In this document: piece by piece, positions 44,865 through 55,044 of the stretch
Layout of the letters: each line of letters opens with the position of its first letter
How positions within the stretch are numbered: the stretch's first letter is position 1
DNA from: Dehalococcoidia bacterium
Lineage (GTDB): Bacteria > Chloroflexota > Dehalococcoidia > Lucifugimonadales > VXLM01
NCBI GenBank assembly: GCA_965219245.1
Contig: OZ244722.1
Location: forward strand, 3,938,947-4,002,946
DNA length: 64,000 bases
Direction of reading: 5' to 3'
The notes under the pieces: model-generated
What the model saw: only the letters and a program-made list of their open reading frames with translations
What the model was told of the DNA's origin: nothing
Database searches by the model: none
Position numbers and translations under genes: made by a program

Positions 44865-45413
44865 ATGACCGAAGAACAGCCCGTATTGCAGACCGAACGA
44901 CTCACCCTGCGCCGGTTTCGTCTGACAGATGTGGACGATGTCCTTGCGTATGCGAACGACGAGGAATGGCAACGATACCTCGCTCCGCTACCCTTTCCAT
45001 ACGAGCGCGTTCACGCCGAGCAGTTTGTTGCCGAGTTATTCCTCAAGGGCTGGAAGTCCAAGCCAACCTTCGCGATCGTCCTCGACGATTCGGTGATAGG
45101 CGGTATCAACCTGAGCATAGACAAGAGACACCAGAACGCAGAGATGGGATACTCCATCGCGCGAAAGCATTGGGGGAACGGCTACGCGACCGAGGCGGCC
45201 CGCGCCGTCGTCAACTGGGCCTTCGAGACATTTTGCCTAGCCAAGATATCTTCCGAGGCGAATGTCGATAACAGACGTTCATGGCGCGTGATGGAGCGCA
45301 TTGGCATGACCAGAGAGGGTGTCCTGCGCAGCGAGGCTCCCGACGGTCGCGACGCGAACCGAAGACAGGACGTGGCTTACTACGGTATCCTCCGCGAGGA
45401 GTGGGAGCAATAA
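44865..45413 (+). CDS. GNAT-family N-acetyltransferase (RimJ/RimL-like)
   Basis: LTLRRFRLTD, the WGNGYATEA acetyl-CoA motif, GMTREGVLR. Confidence 0.8.
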   Translation: MTEEQPVLQTERLTLRRFRLTDVDDVLAYANDEEWQRYLAPLPFPYERVHAEQFVAELFLKGWKSKPTFAIVLDDSVIGGINLSIDKRHQNAEMGYSIARKHWGNGYATEAARAVVNWAFETFCLAKISSEANVDNRRSWRVMERIGMTREGVLRSEAPDGRDANRRQDVAYYGILREEWEQ

Positions 45414-45423
45414 ACGGGAAACG

Positions 45424-45464
45424 CCCCCTCTCTGTATCTCTCCCCCGTTGAACGGGGGAGAGAT
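45424..45464 (+). repeat. three-arm Py/Pu hairpin repeat, copy C
   Basis: CCCCCTCTCTGTATCTCTCCCCCGTTGAACGGGGGAGAGAT, located between convergent genes. Confidence 0.8.
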
Positions 45465-45481
45465 GGTAAGCAGAGTTGGCG

Positions 45482-46759
45482 CTAGCTGCCGACCGTGACG
45501 CCCTTCAGCGCCGCGGGGGCCGGAGCCCTGTCCGCTCCTCGGCGTCTGAGGACCTCGACGATGATCTCGGCTGCGTCGGCGATGGTCATCCTGTCGAGAT
45601 TGACCGTGATATCGAACTTGCTCGAGTCGTCGATATCGCAGTCGAACAATCGCCTGAAAATCTCCCGCTGCTCCTTGTCGGCACGATCGAGGCGCTTGCG
45701 AGAGGCCTCGGGCGTGTCCCCGTATTGGGCAAGATGCACGGCGCGAGCCTCGGCTGACGCCGACACAAAGACCGTGAGGCCATCGACCTGATCGGGCAGG
45801 AAGAGGTGACAGCCGTTGCCGTGGAGCACGGCGTCGCCGTCGGCGGCGCGCCGTCGGACGATTCGTCGCAGCTTCTTGACGTACTGCCGCTTGGACATTG
45901 GCTCATGGAGCAACTCGTCGTACTCGTACGGTCGGCTGGGAACGTAGGCGTGATACCCGCTCTCGTAGGCCGTGGTGACCTCCGTGGGCACGACGATGGA
46001 AGCGAGCAGGCGCATCCAGAACGACTTGTGGCTGCTCTCGAACGACTCAAGCTCCGCCCTGGAGCACTGGAGTCGCTCGCTGAGGGGGTCCTTGATCTCG
46101 TCGCCGATGCACTCGCTTTCGAGCAGGCGGGCGATCTCCTGGCCCAGCGCCTCGCTTTCGCTGCCGGGCAGCCCAGCGATTGCCACAACCGGAGTAAGCT
46201 CCTGCTCCTTGTGAGCGCGAGACTCCCTCGCCGAGTAGCGGGCCGATGACACGGTCATGTGCGCTACGTCTATCTCTCCGTGCTTGACGTTCTCTCCGCT
46301 GGCTATCACGAAGCCCAGTTTCTCGAATAGACCTATCGCGGGCCGGTTTTCGATGGGAACGGTCACCCAAGCGGACTCAAGGCCCATCGTGTTGAACACC
46401 TTGTCGAGCAACTCGAGCATCGTCGCGGTACCGTACCCGTGGTGCCACAGATCCTTCCGCCCGATGATGACCGTTAGCTCGGCGCCGCCCTCCCCGTCGT
46501 GCTGCACCTGGCACTCGCCAACATGCTCATCTGCCGTGTTGTAGATCGAAAATATAGCCCGGCGCGGGTCGCCGAAAGTCCTGCGCCACTCCCAGTCGCT
46601 CGCCTCGAGCATGTGGCTGGGGTCGTACCCGGGGTGTACGGGGTCGTCAGCACCGTAGTGGCCGAACCACCGGCTAGACAAGTCGTCATCCTGCAGCCAC
46701 CATGCAATCCTGTCAACATCATCTCTCGATACGCTTTTGAGCATTACCTCTGGCAGCAT
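45482..46759 (-). CDS. fusion protein: N-terminal GNAT acetyltransferase + C-terminal cytidylate-kinase-like (P-loop-like) domain
   Basis: N-terminal WHHGYGTATM and GLFEKLGF (GNAT). The C-terminal VVAIAGLPGSESEALGQEIARLL and following helices resemble the cytidylate_kin2 family. Confidence 0.6.
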   Translation of the reverse strand: MLPEVMLKSVSRDDVDRIAWWLQDDDLSSRWFGHYGADDPVHPGYDPSHMLEASDWEWRRTFGDPRRAIFSIYNTADEHVGECQVQHDGEGGAELTVIIGRKDLWHHGYGTATMLELLDKVFNTMGLESAWVTVPIENRPAIGLFEKLGFVIASGENVKHGEIDVAHMTVSSARYSARESRAHKEQELTPVVAIAGLPGSESEALGQEIARLLESECIGDEIKDPLSERLQCSRAELESFESSHKSFWMRLLASIVVPTEVTTAYESGYHAYVPSRPYEYDELLHEPMSKRQYVKKLRRIVRRRAADGDAVLHGNGCHLFLPDQVDGLTVFVSASAEARAVHLAQYGDTPEASRKRLDRADKEQREIFRRLFDCDIDDSSKFDITVNLDRMTIADAAEIIVEVLRRRGADRAPAPAALKGVTVGS

Positions 46760-47130
46760 GTCATCCTCCTTTCCTTGTAGATATATTGCTACTAATAATC
46801 AATTCATCTTCAAGCAAGTCCACCCGATTGGGTACAACGTACATGATGGATTGATGACGTGTCAACTTTCCGTCTCAAGTTCCTGATTTCGTAAAAATTC
46901 GTACGATAATACACATAATATAATTCACGCAAGGGGAATACTGAAAAACTTTTCGTATATTCTGCTGCATGTAAATCGGGGCACTTCCTGGGGACTGAAA
47001 GGTCCCTGCGATGGGTTCCTTTGGGGCGTCGTTGACACCCTTTGGAACGTGGGATACCATCGGTTTTCAGGCGACGGCATAGCGGCTCATGCCCGCAGCC
47101 ACGGTCGGAAGTGTATGGGGCGGAACCTCC

Positions 47131-47466
47131 ATGATAACCTTGAACATGCGGCTGACAGCCAAGCAGGGGCGGGAGGCCGAGTTGTCCTCCGCTATTCAGG
47201 ACAAGTGGATGAAGGCCATGTCGCAGCAGCCCGGCTTCATCCGCGGTGTCATGCTCAAGCCGTATGAAGGAGAGGACGCGGCAAACATCGGACTGCCTGA
47301 ACAGGACTTTTCGTTCGAGGTCGTCTCGTTTTGGGAGAGCGAGGAGCAGCGCGCGGCATGGGCGGGGAGCGACATCCATGCGGAGGTGATTGCGTACGTC
47401 AATGACGCGATCTTGCCGGAAACCGGCAAGAAGGCCGCCATGTTTACGATTGAGGAACACTGGTAA
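47131..47466 (+). CDS. ABM/Dabb-like (antibiotic biosynthesis monooxygenase fold) protein
   Basis: About 110 aa with the ferredoxin-like pattern ITLNMRLTAK...GFIRGVMLKP...FEVVSFWESEEQ. Confidence 0.55.
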   Translation: MITLNMRLTAKQGREAELSSAIQDKWMKAMSQQPGFIRGVMLKPYEGEDAANIGLPEQDFSFEVVSFWESEEQRAAWAGSDIHAEVIAYVNDAILPETGKKAAMFTIEEHW

Positions 47467-47546
47467 GCATCGTGCTAGTGAGGCGGCGTACAACGGCCTC
47501 TCAAACGCGATGCAAACAAGCAACACATGACGAGGAGTAAGGAAGT

Positions 47547-48494
47547 ATGACGGAAGGACGATTGGTCTACATGAGCGGCGATTTCGTGCCCGAATCGGAG
47601 GCGCGGGTGTCGATTTTCGACACGGCCCTGATGTTCGGCGACATGGTGTTCGAGATGACCCGGAGCTACAACATGGAACCGTTCCGCCTCCGACACCACC
47701 TCGAGCGTCTGTACGCGGGGATCAAGATCCTGGAGATCGACTGCGGTCTGGACATCGACGAGATGGAGGCCGCCACGATGGAGACGATCGAGATCAACAA
47801 AGACCGGATGCCGGAAGGCGTCGATTACCAGATCATGCACAACGTCTCCAACGGGCCGCTGGGGCTCTATTCATCCGTATTCCCCAACGGGATCAAGCCG
47901 ACCATCTCGATCAACGTCTGGCCGCTCACGTGGCACCTTGCCGGCATCGCCGACTACTACGACACGGGAGTCCACTCCATATTGACCCAGCAGCAGTCGG
48001 TGCCCGCACGGTACATCGACCCGAAGATCAAGAACCGCAGCCGCGTCTTCTACCAGGTCGCAAATCTGCAGGCCCACAAGATCGACCCGAAGGCCTATGC
48101 GCTGCTGAGCGACGAGGACGGTTTCATCACCGAGGGCACGGGCAACAACTTCTTCATTGTCAAGGACGGCATAATCTACACGCCGGAGGGTCGAAACATC
48201 CTACGGGGCGTCACGCGAGGCGCGGTGATCGATCTGGCCGCCGAGCTGGGCATACCGCTGCAGGAGACGAACCTCGAGGCCTACGACGTTCACGGGGCGG
48301 ACGAGGCGTTCGTGTCCAGCACGTCGATGTTCATACTGCCGGTGACGAAATTCAACACGCTGCCGGTCGGCGACGGCGAGATCGGCCCCACAGTGCAGCG
48401 ACTCACGGACGCCTTCAGCGGAACGGTAGGAGTGGACATCGTCACGCAGGCTAAGCAGTATCAGGCGGAAGCGGAGGCGATGGCGGCGGGTTAG
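47547..48494 (+). CDS. class IV aminotransferase (branched-chain or D-amino-acid aminotransferase)
   Basis: Fold-type IV blocks (FEMTRSY, the Lys region, ITEGTGNNFFIVKDG, RGVTR, EAFVSST). Confidence 0.8.
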   Translation: MTEGRLVYMSGDFVPESEARVSIFDTALMFGDMVFEMTRSYNMEPFRLRHHLERLYAGIKILEIDCGLDIDEMEAATMETIEINKDRMPEGVDYQIMHNVSNGPLGLYSSVFPNGIKPTISINVWPLTWHLAGIADYYDTGVHSILTQQQSVPARYIDPKIKNRSRVFYQVANLQAHKIDPKAYALLSDEDGFITEGTGNNFFIVKDGIIYTPEGRNILRGVTRGAVIDLAAELGIPLQETNLEAYDVHGADEAFVSSTSMFILPVTKFNTLPVGDGEIGPTVQRLTDAFSGTVGVDIVTQAKQYQAEAEAMAAG

Positions 48495-48520
48495 TTCCCC
48501 TGCCCTCCCCGTCACTGGTG

Positions 48521-49567
48521 CTACAAGGCGTTCTCGACACGCACTCGAAGTCGTTTGGTCCACGACCTGAAGAGCGCATTCGACCACGCGCACGGAATCG
48601 AGCGGATCATCATCCAATATACCCAGCGGCGCGAGACCCTTATTCGCGTGTCGGGGTCGAGCCAGTTGGGACTGCGCATCAGTAGATGCAGTGTGGCAAG
48701 ACCGATGAGGATGGGCCAGATCATCGCAAGTCGGAGCCGCGCGCTCCGCCGGGGCGTGGCCACAACGTACTCCTCCGCAGAGCCGTAGAATTCGAGAGCG
48801 CGACGCATCAAGTCCGCGAGCACCGGTCTCGCGTCTTCTCTTGCGGCGGGACTCAGCAAGTCCTCCGGTGTCAGCCCAACCGACTCCAGCATCTCACTGG
48901 GTATGTAGCACCGCCCTGCCCGCAGGTCCTTTGGCACGTCTCGAAGGATATTCGTCATCTGAAGCGCCTTCCCGAACCGGACGCCGAGGTCGACCATACG
49001 CTGCCTGTCCCATTTCCGTACGGCAAGATCGTGGGCGATCAAAACGTCCGTCCAGAACTCGCCGACGCACCCCGCCACGAGATAGGTATACCGGTCGAGA
49101 TCGTCGAGTGTTTCCAGAGCGCCGATCCGCCCCGACTCCGGCGCCGGAAAGGTCGCCAAGTCAAACTCCATGCCGCTTACCAGCGTATTGACCGTCCTTT
49201 GGACGTTCCAGCGGTCGTCCTCCGACATTTCGTCCAGCAGATCGAAAAGACCAGGAAGAGCCTGCAAGAGTTCAGTCTCCGGGTCTTCACGGGGAGACTG
49301 CATCATGGTGGTAGCGCAGAGGGCAGGAGGAGGCTCGATATGCGGGTTCGTCAGCCACTCGCGAAACCCGGTCAGGTGCTCCAGGCGGACATCAGAAGGA
49401 AGCGTGCCGGTGTCGGCAATGGTATCCGCTGCGCGCGCCAGCAGGTACGCAAGCTGAATCGGTCCCCGAACCGGCCTCGGCAGGACGCGAATCGTGAGAT
49501 AGAAGGACCGGGATACCCCGCGCAGGAGTCCGGCCGGGATGTCGCTGCGATTTTCCAAAGAGGTCAT
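48521..49567 (-). CDS. squalene/phytoene synthase family protein
   Basis: VSRSFYLTIRVLP, Asp-rich ARAADTIAD, and a second acidic motif NILRDVPKDL. Start at MTSLENRS (ATG 49567). Confidence 0.75.
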   Translation of the reverse strand: MTSLENRSDIPAGLLRGVSRSFYLTIRVLPRPVRGPIQLAYLLARAADTIADTGTLPSDVRLEHLTGFREWLTNPHIEPPPALCATTMMQSPREDPETELLQALPGLFDLLDEMSEDDRWNVQRTVNTLVSGMEFDLATFPAPESGRIGALETLDDLDRYTYLVAGCVGEFWTDVLIAHDLAVRKWDRQRMVDLGVRFGKALQMTNILRDVPKDLRAGRCYIPSEMLESVGLTPEDLLSPAAREDARPVLADLMRRALEFYGSAEEYVVATPRRSARLRLAMIWPILIGLATLHLLMRSPNWLDPDTRIRVSRRWVYWMMIRSIPCAWSNALFRSWTKRLRVRVENAL

Positions 49568-49664
49568 GACGGTTCGGCGGCGGACGGAGCTATGGTATGC
49601 TTCGGCCCTACCCTCGTCAACGACGAAGGAAGTTCCCATATCCGGAAGGCAAGGAGAATCACAG

Positions 49665-50081
49665 ATGTCTACCGCTCCGACAAGCGAAGACCTCTCTCGA
49701 CTAGGCGAGTTCCTCGCGCCAACGAAAATCGCCGTCGTCGCCACTATTGGACGGGATGGAATGCCGCAGCTCACCCCGAACTGGTACGTCTATCACGACG
49801 GCAGGGTCGCCATATCGACGACCAAGCAGCGAGTGAAGTATCGAAACCTCCTTCGTGACTCTCGCCTGGCCGTGTGCATAATGACCGAACCGCTTGCCCA
49901 AGAGTACGTAACGGTTCGAGGACCAGCGGAGATCATCGACGACGATTCGATCTGGCTCGTCACGGAGGCCATCGTGCGGCGATACGTCCGCTCTGAGCGG
50001 GTGCAGGCCCGCATGGAGCAGCTTCGCACCGAGGACAGGATCATCATCAGCCTCAGGCCTGAGCGAGTGCACTTTCGGTAG
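49665..50081 (+). CDS. pyridoxamine 5'-phosphate oxidase-family (PPOX class, possibly F420-dependent) protein
   Basis: VATIGRDGMPQLTPNWY, VKYRNLLRDSR, VTVRG. AAGGAG precedes ATG 49665. Confidence 0.7.
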   Translation: MSTAPTSEDLSRLGEFLAPTKIAVVATIGRDGMPQLTPNWYVYHDGRVAISTTKQRVKYRNLLRDSRLAVCIMTEPLAQEYVTVRGPAEIIDDDSIWLVTEAIVRRYVRSERVQARMEQLRTEDRIIISLRPERVHFR

Positions 50082-50329
50082 TATGCGGTACGCCTTGTCA
50101 GTACCCCTCTTCTGTAAGGCGCCGTTGCGCAATGGTAATGCCGGCGATGGCGGGCATCAGAAGGAGTCTGGAAACAGAGACGCGGCTCCTATGGGATCTT
50201 CACGCACAGAGGAACCAGGCTGTCCCAGAAGCGAGAAGGTCGCCATGCGGTGTTGCCCAACATCGCGAAGGGCTTACTTCGAATGTCCAACGTGTGCGGA
50301 AAGTAAGGTGAATGTGCTACGCCAATCGG

Positions 50330-51130
50330 TCAGTACAGCAAGGACTGTTCTCTCAGCCAAGGCACCACCGCATCTAGAGCTGAGTCGGGTATCCTCGTGC
50401 CATCGTGACCGGGGATACACGTCATGTCATGCGTGAGCCTGCTCAAGGCCTCTTCCCCAGCGTAGGCCTTTCGCAGCGCATGGGTCAGCGAAGTAATCCA
50501 CTCCTGCCCGACTCTCCGGTCGGAGTACCCCGTCTGTATGAATAGCGGACGCGGGGGGAACCGTTCGATGCGCGGAAAAAGACCGTTCCTCTCAACGATT
50601 CGGTTATCATCCATTCCGATGAACTCCGACATGCGCGGCCAATGGATCACGGGCTGATGAGCGACGGCGGCCGACACGTCGGGATTCAGAGCCATAGAGT
50701 GCAGGATTGCGAATCCGTGCCTTGAACTGCCCATGACAACTACCCTGCCAGGACGGGTGTACTCCTTGGCCAGAGCATCGTCGATGACGGCCCTGAGTCG
50801 AGCTTCCATGAGTACGAATCCGTCCACTCCCATCGTCGCCCGTTCAGCCAAGAGTTTGAGGTCGTCGTAGTATTCCCCGTGCATCAGGAGGATGCTGGCC
50901 CCGGCGGCGGTGAGCCTGTCCAGCCATTGGGACATCACGTTCGGCTTTTCCTTCAGCGATGCGGGGTCGGCCACGACGTTCTTGGCCTGAGTGGGTATCA
51001 AACACAGGGTCGCATTCTCACCGGCGCCCGGCTCAGGGTTCAGGTTGCACAGTATTTCTTCGTTCTCGCTGTTGAGGGTATAGGGCTCCCACGCCTCACG
51101 AATGTATTGTCTGGACTCCCCTTCCGGCAC
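50330..51130 (-). CDS. alpha/beta hydrolase (dienelactone hydrolase/peptidase S9-like)
   Basis: Nucleophile elbow MGSSRHG; C-terminal D/H region. Confidence 0.6.
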   Translation of the reverse strand: MPEGESRQYIREAWEPYTLNSENEEILCNLNPEPGAGENATLCLIPTQAKNVVADPASLKEKPNVMSQWLDRLTAAGASILLMHGEYYDDLKLLAERATMGVDGFVLMEARLRAVIDDALAKEYTRPGRVVVMGSSRHGFAILHSMALNPDVSAAVAHQPVIHWPRMSEFIGMDDNRIVERNGLFPRIERFPPRPLFIQTGYSDRRVGQEWITSLTHALRKAYAGEEALSRLTHDMTCIPGHDGTRIPDSALDAVVPWLREQSLLY

Positions 51131-51240
51131 CGGAACGACACCTCATATCCCTTGACTTGGAATCGATGCGCCCACAATTGTTTCAGGCGCGATGTTTCAA
51201 TACAATAGCGCCTTCCTAGAACAGGAGCGGGAGGTGATCG

Positions 51241-51966
51241 GTGACACAGGAAGCAGAGATAACGGACGATCAACTGGAGACCCTCAGAGGCATCCCCACC
51301 CAGACGATTATCGACGCTCTATGGGTCAAGGGCTATCCCTCGACCATGATCGAGGAAGCGCGGCCCTTGCGAACGGGCCAGCGGATGGCGGGTCGGGCGG
51401 TTACCCTGCGCTATGTCCCCCACCGTCCCGATCTTGCGGAAGACAAGCCCAAAGGCGCGGACTCGGCGGAATACGTTGCATTCGAGTTGTGCGGGCCGGG
51501 TGAGGTGCTGGTCATAGACGCCATGGGCTGGAAATACAGCTCCGTAGGCGGCGATATCAAGTTCTTCCGCCTCTTCCAGAGGAAGGTGGGAGGCCTCGTG
51601 ACCGACGGCTCTGTTCGGGATAGCTCCTCTCTCTTGGAATACGGGTTTCCCGTCTATTCCTACTCGACGACCGCCAAGCAAGGCCCCTCCGACTTCTGGC
51701 CGTGGCAGGTCAACGACGCTATACAGTGCGGCGGAGTGCTCGTGAGACCGGGCGACGGCGTGGTCGGTGACGACGACGGTGCGGTCGTGGTCCCTCGTGC
51801 GATGGTCAACGAGGTCATGAGAATTGCGGAGGAGCGACACGCGGTGGAAGAAGTCGTCAAGGCTCAACTCGCCATTGAGAACGTTTCACCCGGTAAGTAT
51901 TACCCCTTCAACGACCGCACGTGGGAGCTCTATGAGCAAAAGACCGGGAAGAAGCGGGGCGACTAA
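51241..51966 (+). CDS. RraA-family protein (RNase E regulator / HMG-CHA aldolase fold)
   Basis: GDIKFFRL..., GGLVTDGSVRD, GDGVVGDDDGAVVVP. GTG start with GGAGG 7 nt upstream. Confidence 0.75.
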   Translation: MTQEAEITDDQLETLRGIPTQTIIDALWVKGYPSTMIEEARPLRTGQRMAGRAVTLRYVPHRPDLAEDKPKGADSAEYVAFELCGPGEVLVIDAMGWKYSSVGGDIKFFRLFQRKVGGLVTDGSVRDSSSLLEYGFPVYSYSTTAKQGPSDFWPWQVNDAIQCGGVLVRPGDGVVGDDDGAVVVPRAMVNEVMRIAEERHAVEEVVKAQLAIENVSPGKYYPFNDRTWELYEQKTGKKRGD

Positions 51967-52017
51967 AGAAGCCAAGATCACGAGAATCGAAACTTCAAGG
52001 AATGCAAGGAGACCTAC

Positions 52018-52386
52018 ATGGAATTCATTGGATCGAACCTCGACAGGCCGTTTAGCTCAGCCGTCATCCACAGCGGCAGAACTCTGGAAACGGTCTTGAC
52101 CGGCATGAAGCCCGGCACTACGACTCCGGTTGAGGGCGGAGCGGCAATGGAACTGCGCGAGATATTCCGGCAGCTCGACGAAATTCTAGCGACGGCCGGA
52201 GTAGACAAGACCAGCGTGTGTTCCGCTCGCATATACCTCCAGCACGTCAACCGGGATGTGGGCGAGATCAACAAGGTCTGGAAGGAGTACTTCGGCACTC
52301 ACCCACCCAACCGGCGCTGCTACGGCGTTGACCTTCAGTCAGGGATGCTCGTCGAAGCAGGGTTCGTGGCTGAGTTGCCGGACTGA
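52018..52386 (+). CDS. RidA/YjgF-family protein
   Basis: 122 aa with ILATAGVDKTSV, ARIYL and the C-terminal VE...AE pattern. Confidence 0.65.
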   Translation: MEFIGSNLDRPFSSAVIHSGRTLETVLTGMKPGTTTPVEGGAAMELREIFRQLDEILATAGVDKTSVCSARIYLQHVNRDVGEINKVWKEYFGTHPPNRRCYGVDLQSGMLVEAGFVAELPD

Positions 52387-52566
52387 TCTTCCTGCGCTGC
52401 TCTCAGTGACACAAGGGGCCGCCACGGGAACGTAGAAGTGGGACGGACACCGTGTCACTAGGTGCTTGCCTGTCGGTCGTATTCCCCTGCCCGCCTCAAA
52501 CGGTTGTCGGATCATGCCGTCGAGGGGTATCCTGAAAGCCAAATCTTTCGGCTCAGGAGGACGAGT

Positions 52567-52803
52567 TTGGTCCGAGCATTCATCTTGATCGAAGTCGCGG
52601 CCGGCTACTCAACGGCTGTAGTTGACAGCCTGTCCGGGCAAAGCGGAATCGTCGATGTGGTAAGGGTTACCGGACCTGTCGACGTCATTGCGATCGTCAC
52701 GGCGTCTACTATCAGAGACGTCAGTGATCTCGTTGGCGAAAAGGTTCACACGCTGCAGGGTGTCATTCGCACGACTACGTGTGTAGCGCTGCAAGGCTCA
52801 TAA
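52567..52803 (+). CDS. stand-alone Lrp/AsnC ligand-binding (RAM) domain protein
   Basis: 78 aa. VRAFILIEVAAG...IVDVVRVTGPVDVIAIV...VIRTTTCVAL is the AsnC_trans_reg fold without an HTH. TTG start with AGGAGG 6 nt upstream. Confidence 0.6.
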   Translation: MVRAFILIEVAAGYSTAVVDSLSGQSGIVDVVRVTGPVDVIAIVTASTIRDVSDLVGEKVHTLQGVIRTTTCVALQGS

Positions 52804-52853
52804 GATCTACCACCCGTAACCGCTCCACCCCTAAAGAGGCGGCGCGAGATCGG

Positions 52854-53522
52854 CTAGGACTGCTCCGTCGCGCCGGTAGAGTCTGCCACCTCGTCCCAGT
52901 CCTCATCGACCTGCCTGCGACGTCGGTGACCAAACAAGGCGTGGGCGAGCACAAGACCGCAGAGGCCGCCCATGCCGAACACGAGCGCCGTGTCGTCGGG
53001 ATTGTAGTAGACCGTCAGCGCCGCCAAAACGGCGTATCCGAAGACGACGTTCAGCAGGGATGAGTATGGCAGCTTCTGGCCGCCGAGGGCCACGATCGAT
53101 GCCAACGCAACGCTGATGAATCCATGAATCGGAAACAGCGCCAAGATCGCGCCTCCCAGGGTGACGAGGCCGTCGCCGCCCCGAAAGCCGGTGAACATCG
53201 ATTTCCAGTGTCCGAGGACCGCCGCGCCCGCGGGAAGCAGCAGCCAGGGACTCTCCACCCCCATGACGTTCCCGATCATGACGTTCCCGAGAAGAATCGC
53301 CAGGGCTCCCTTTGCCATGTCGCCGAGGAACACCATGACCGCGGGCAGCTTGCCCACGTTGCGCATGACATTCGACGCGCCCGGAAGCCCCGTGCCTACC
53401 TCGAAGATATCGACGCCGCTGTGACGTTTGCTGATGAGATAGGCCAGCGGGATGGAGCCTAGCAAGTAGCCGCCGGCGGTCGCAATCAGCACAGTCGGCA
53501 GGCTGCCAAGGAAATCATCCAA
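52854..53522 (-). CDS. plsY: glycerol-3-phosphate acyltransferase PlsY
   Basis: GYLLGSIP, GTGLPGASNV, FRGGDG(L)VT. Confidence 0.8.
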   Translation of the reverse strand: MDDFLGSLPTVLIATAGGYLLGSIPLAYLISKRHSGVDIFEVGTGLPGASNVMRNVGKLPAVMVFLGDMAKGALAILLGNVMIGNVMGVESPWLLLPAGAAVLGHWKSMFTGFRGGDGLVTLGGAILALFPIHGFISVALASIVALGGQKLPYSSLLNVVFGYAVLAALTVYYNPDDTALVFGMGGLCGLVLAHALFGHRRRRQVDEDWDEVADSTGATEQS

Positions 53523-53739
53523 GACTGATCACTCCTCTCGGGGTTATCGCCGTGATTATATATCCAATCTTGCCATATACGCTATAGGTTACCGGTGCTG
53601 ATTTGCCGCTTCTCACGCACCCAAGGACTATTGGATCGTCTTGCCGACCCGACCCTCAGCCCCGGCTACAGCACACATGTCGACCAGTACGGGCTATAAT
53701 GGGAGAACTGAAATGCATTCCGAGGTGGAGTGAATTCGA

Positions 53740-54084
53740 ATGGCGAAGGTGCGCGTAATGTACTGGAAGGAAATTCCCGTGCAGATACAGGCTGCGGACG
53801 GTCCTGAGCAGGTGTCAAAGCCCCTCGACGAGCGATTCCAGCAGGGAGCGGACGCCATCTCGATGTTCGACGGCAGCGCCGGAACCGACGACTACCTCAT
53901 GGCCTGGAACTGGGGAGAGTATTTTGAGGTCGAGGGATCGGTGGATGAGGCCGCGACGGCGACGGCGGAACGATACAACGCGGGCTTCCCGCCCGATTTC
54001 GTAGCGCGAATCCGCGACCTACACGGCGCAGGCAAGCGCAACACATCTCCAGGCGCAATAGACGGCTGGATGAACAGCGGCTAA
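53740..54084 (+). CDS. small conserved protein, tentatively of the family annotated as 'virulence factor' (about 110 aa)
   Basis: The N-terminal VRVMYWKEIPVQIQA resembles that family as I remember it. First gene of the same-strand methyl-transfer cluster. Confidence 0.4.
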   Translation: MAKVRVMYWKEIPVQIQAADGPEQVSKPLDERFQQGADAISMFDGSAGTDDYLMAWNWGEYFEVEGSVDEAATATAERYNAGFPPDFVARIRDLHGAGKRNTSPGAIDGWMNSG

Positions 54085-54093
54085 GGAAAAACG

Positions 54094-55014
54094 ATGGAAC
54101 ACCCGACCATACTAGAGCGACTTGCAAACGGAGACGTCCTGGTCTCCGACGGCGCCACGGGCACCTACCTCCAGGCGTGCGGCCTGGAGCCGGGCGGTTG
54201 TCCCGAGGCGTTCACCGTCGATCAGCCCGAGACCATACGCAGAATGGCCGCCGACTACTTCAACGCCGGCTCCGACATGGTGCTGACCGCATCGTTCGGA
54301 GGGTCCCGGTTCATGTTGGATAAGTATGGATACGCCGGTCGCGTCCGTGAATTCAACCGTCTGGCCGCCACTCACGCCAAGACGGTGGCGTCGCCGTGGC
54401 ATTTCGTAGTCGGCTCCGTCGGCCCGACGGGAGAGATTCTCCAAAGTAACGGAGGAACCACGCCGGACGGCGAGATATACGAAGCCTTCGTTGAACAGGT
54501 TACCGGCCTCGAAGAGGGAGGGGCCGACGCGGTCGTCATCGAGACGATGATCTCCGTCGAGGAAGCGCTGCTTGCCATCAGCGCCGCAAAAGAGCACACG
54601 AACTTGCTCGTCATGTCCACGATGATGTACGACAAGGGCCCGCGAGGCTGGTTTACCATGATGGGAGACACACCCGGCGCGGCTACGAAGAAGCTCCGCG
54701 ACGCCGGCGCAGATATCGTCGGCGCGAACTGTGGCAGCGGCAGCGACCTCATGGTCGAGCTTGCCACGATAATCCGAGACACGTATGACGGCCCTATGCT
54801 TGTCCACTCCAACGCAGGCATACCGGAGATAAGGCAGGGCCAGATCGTCTACCCGGAGACGCCCGAGTACATGGCCGAGCGGTTCCTAAACTTGGTCGAA
54901 GTCGGCGTCAACATCGTCGGCGGCTGTTGCGGCACGACTCCCAAGCACATCGAACGGTTAGCCGATGCGGTCCATGAGCGCACCCCCATCGGCTACCCGG
55001 TACACGCTTCCTGA
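54094..55014 (+). CDS. homocysteine S-methyltransferase domain protein (MetH Hcy-binding module as a separate polypeptide)
   Basis: [22 protein letters not shown] zinc-site cysteines; 306 aa. Confidence 0.8.
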   Translation: MEHPTILERLANGDVLVSDGATGTYLQACGLEPGGCPEAFTVDQPETIRRMAADYFNAGSDMVLTASFGGSRFMLDKYGYAGRVREFNRLAATHAKTVASPWHFVVGSVGPTGEILQSNGGTTPDGEIYEAFVEQVTGLEEGGADAVVIETMISVEEALLAISAAKEHTNLLVMSTMMYDKGPRGWFTMMGDTPGAATKKLRDAGADIVGANCGSGSDLMVELATIIRDTYDGPMLVHSNAGIPEIRQGQIVYPETPEYMAERFLNLVEVGVNIVGGCCGTTPKHIERLADAVHERTPIGYPVHAS

Positions 55015-55044
55015 ATCACGCAACACGCAGCGAGGAGAAACAGA

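Noticed and set aside
50083-50436. Possible small zinc-ribbon ORF (CPRSEKVAMRCCPTSRRAYFECPTCAESK) in the convergent gap after the PPOX gene.
   Set aside because: It has no SD at a suitable distance, it runs antisense into the 3' end of the alpha/beta hydrolase gene, and its composition is not convincingly coding.
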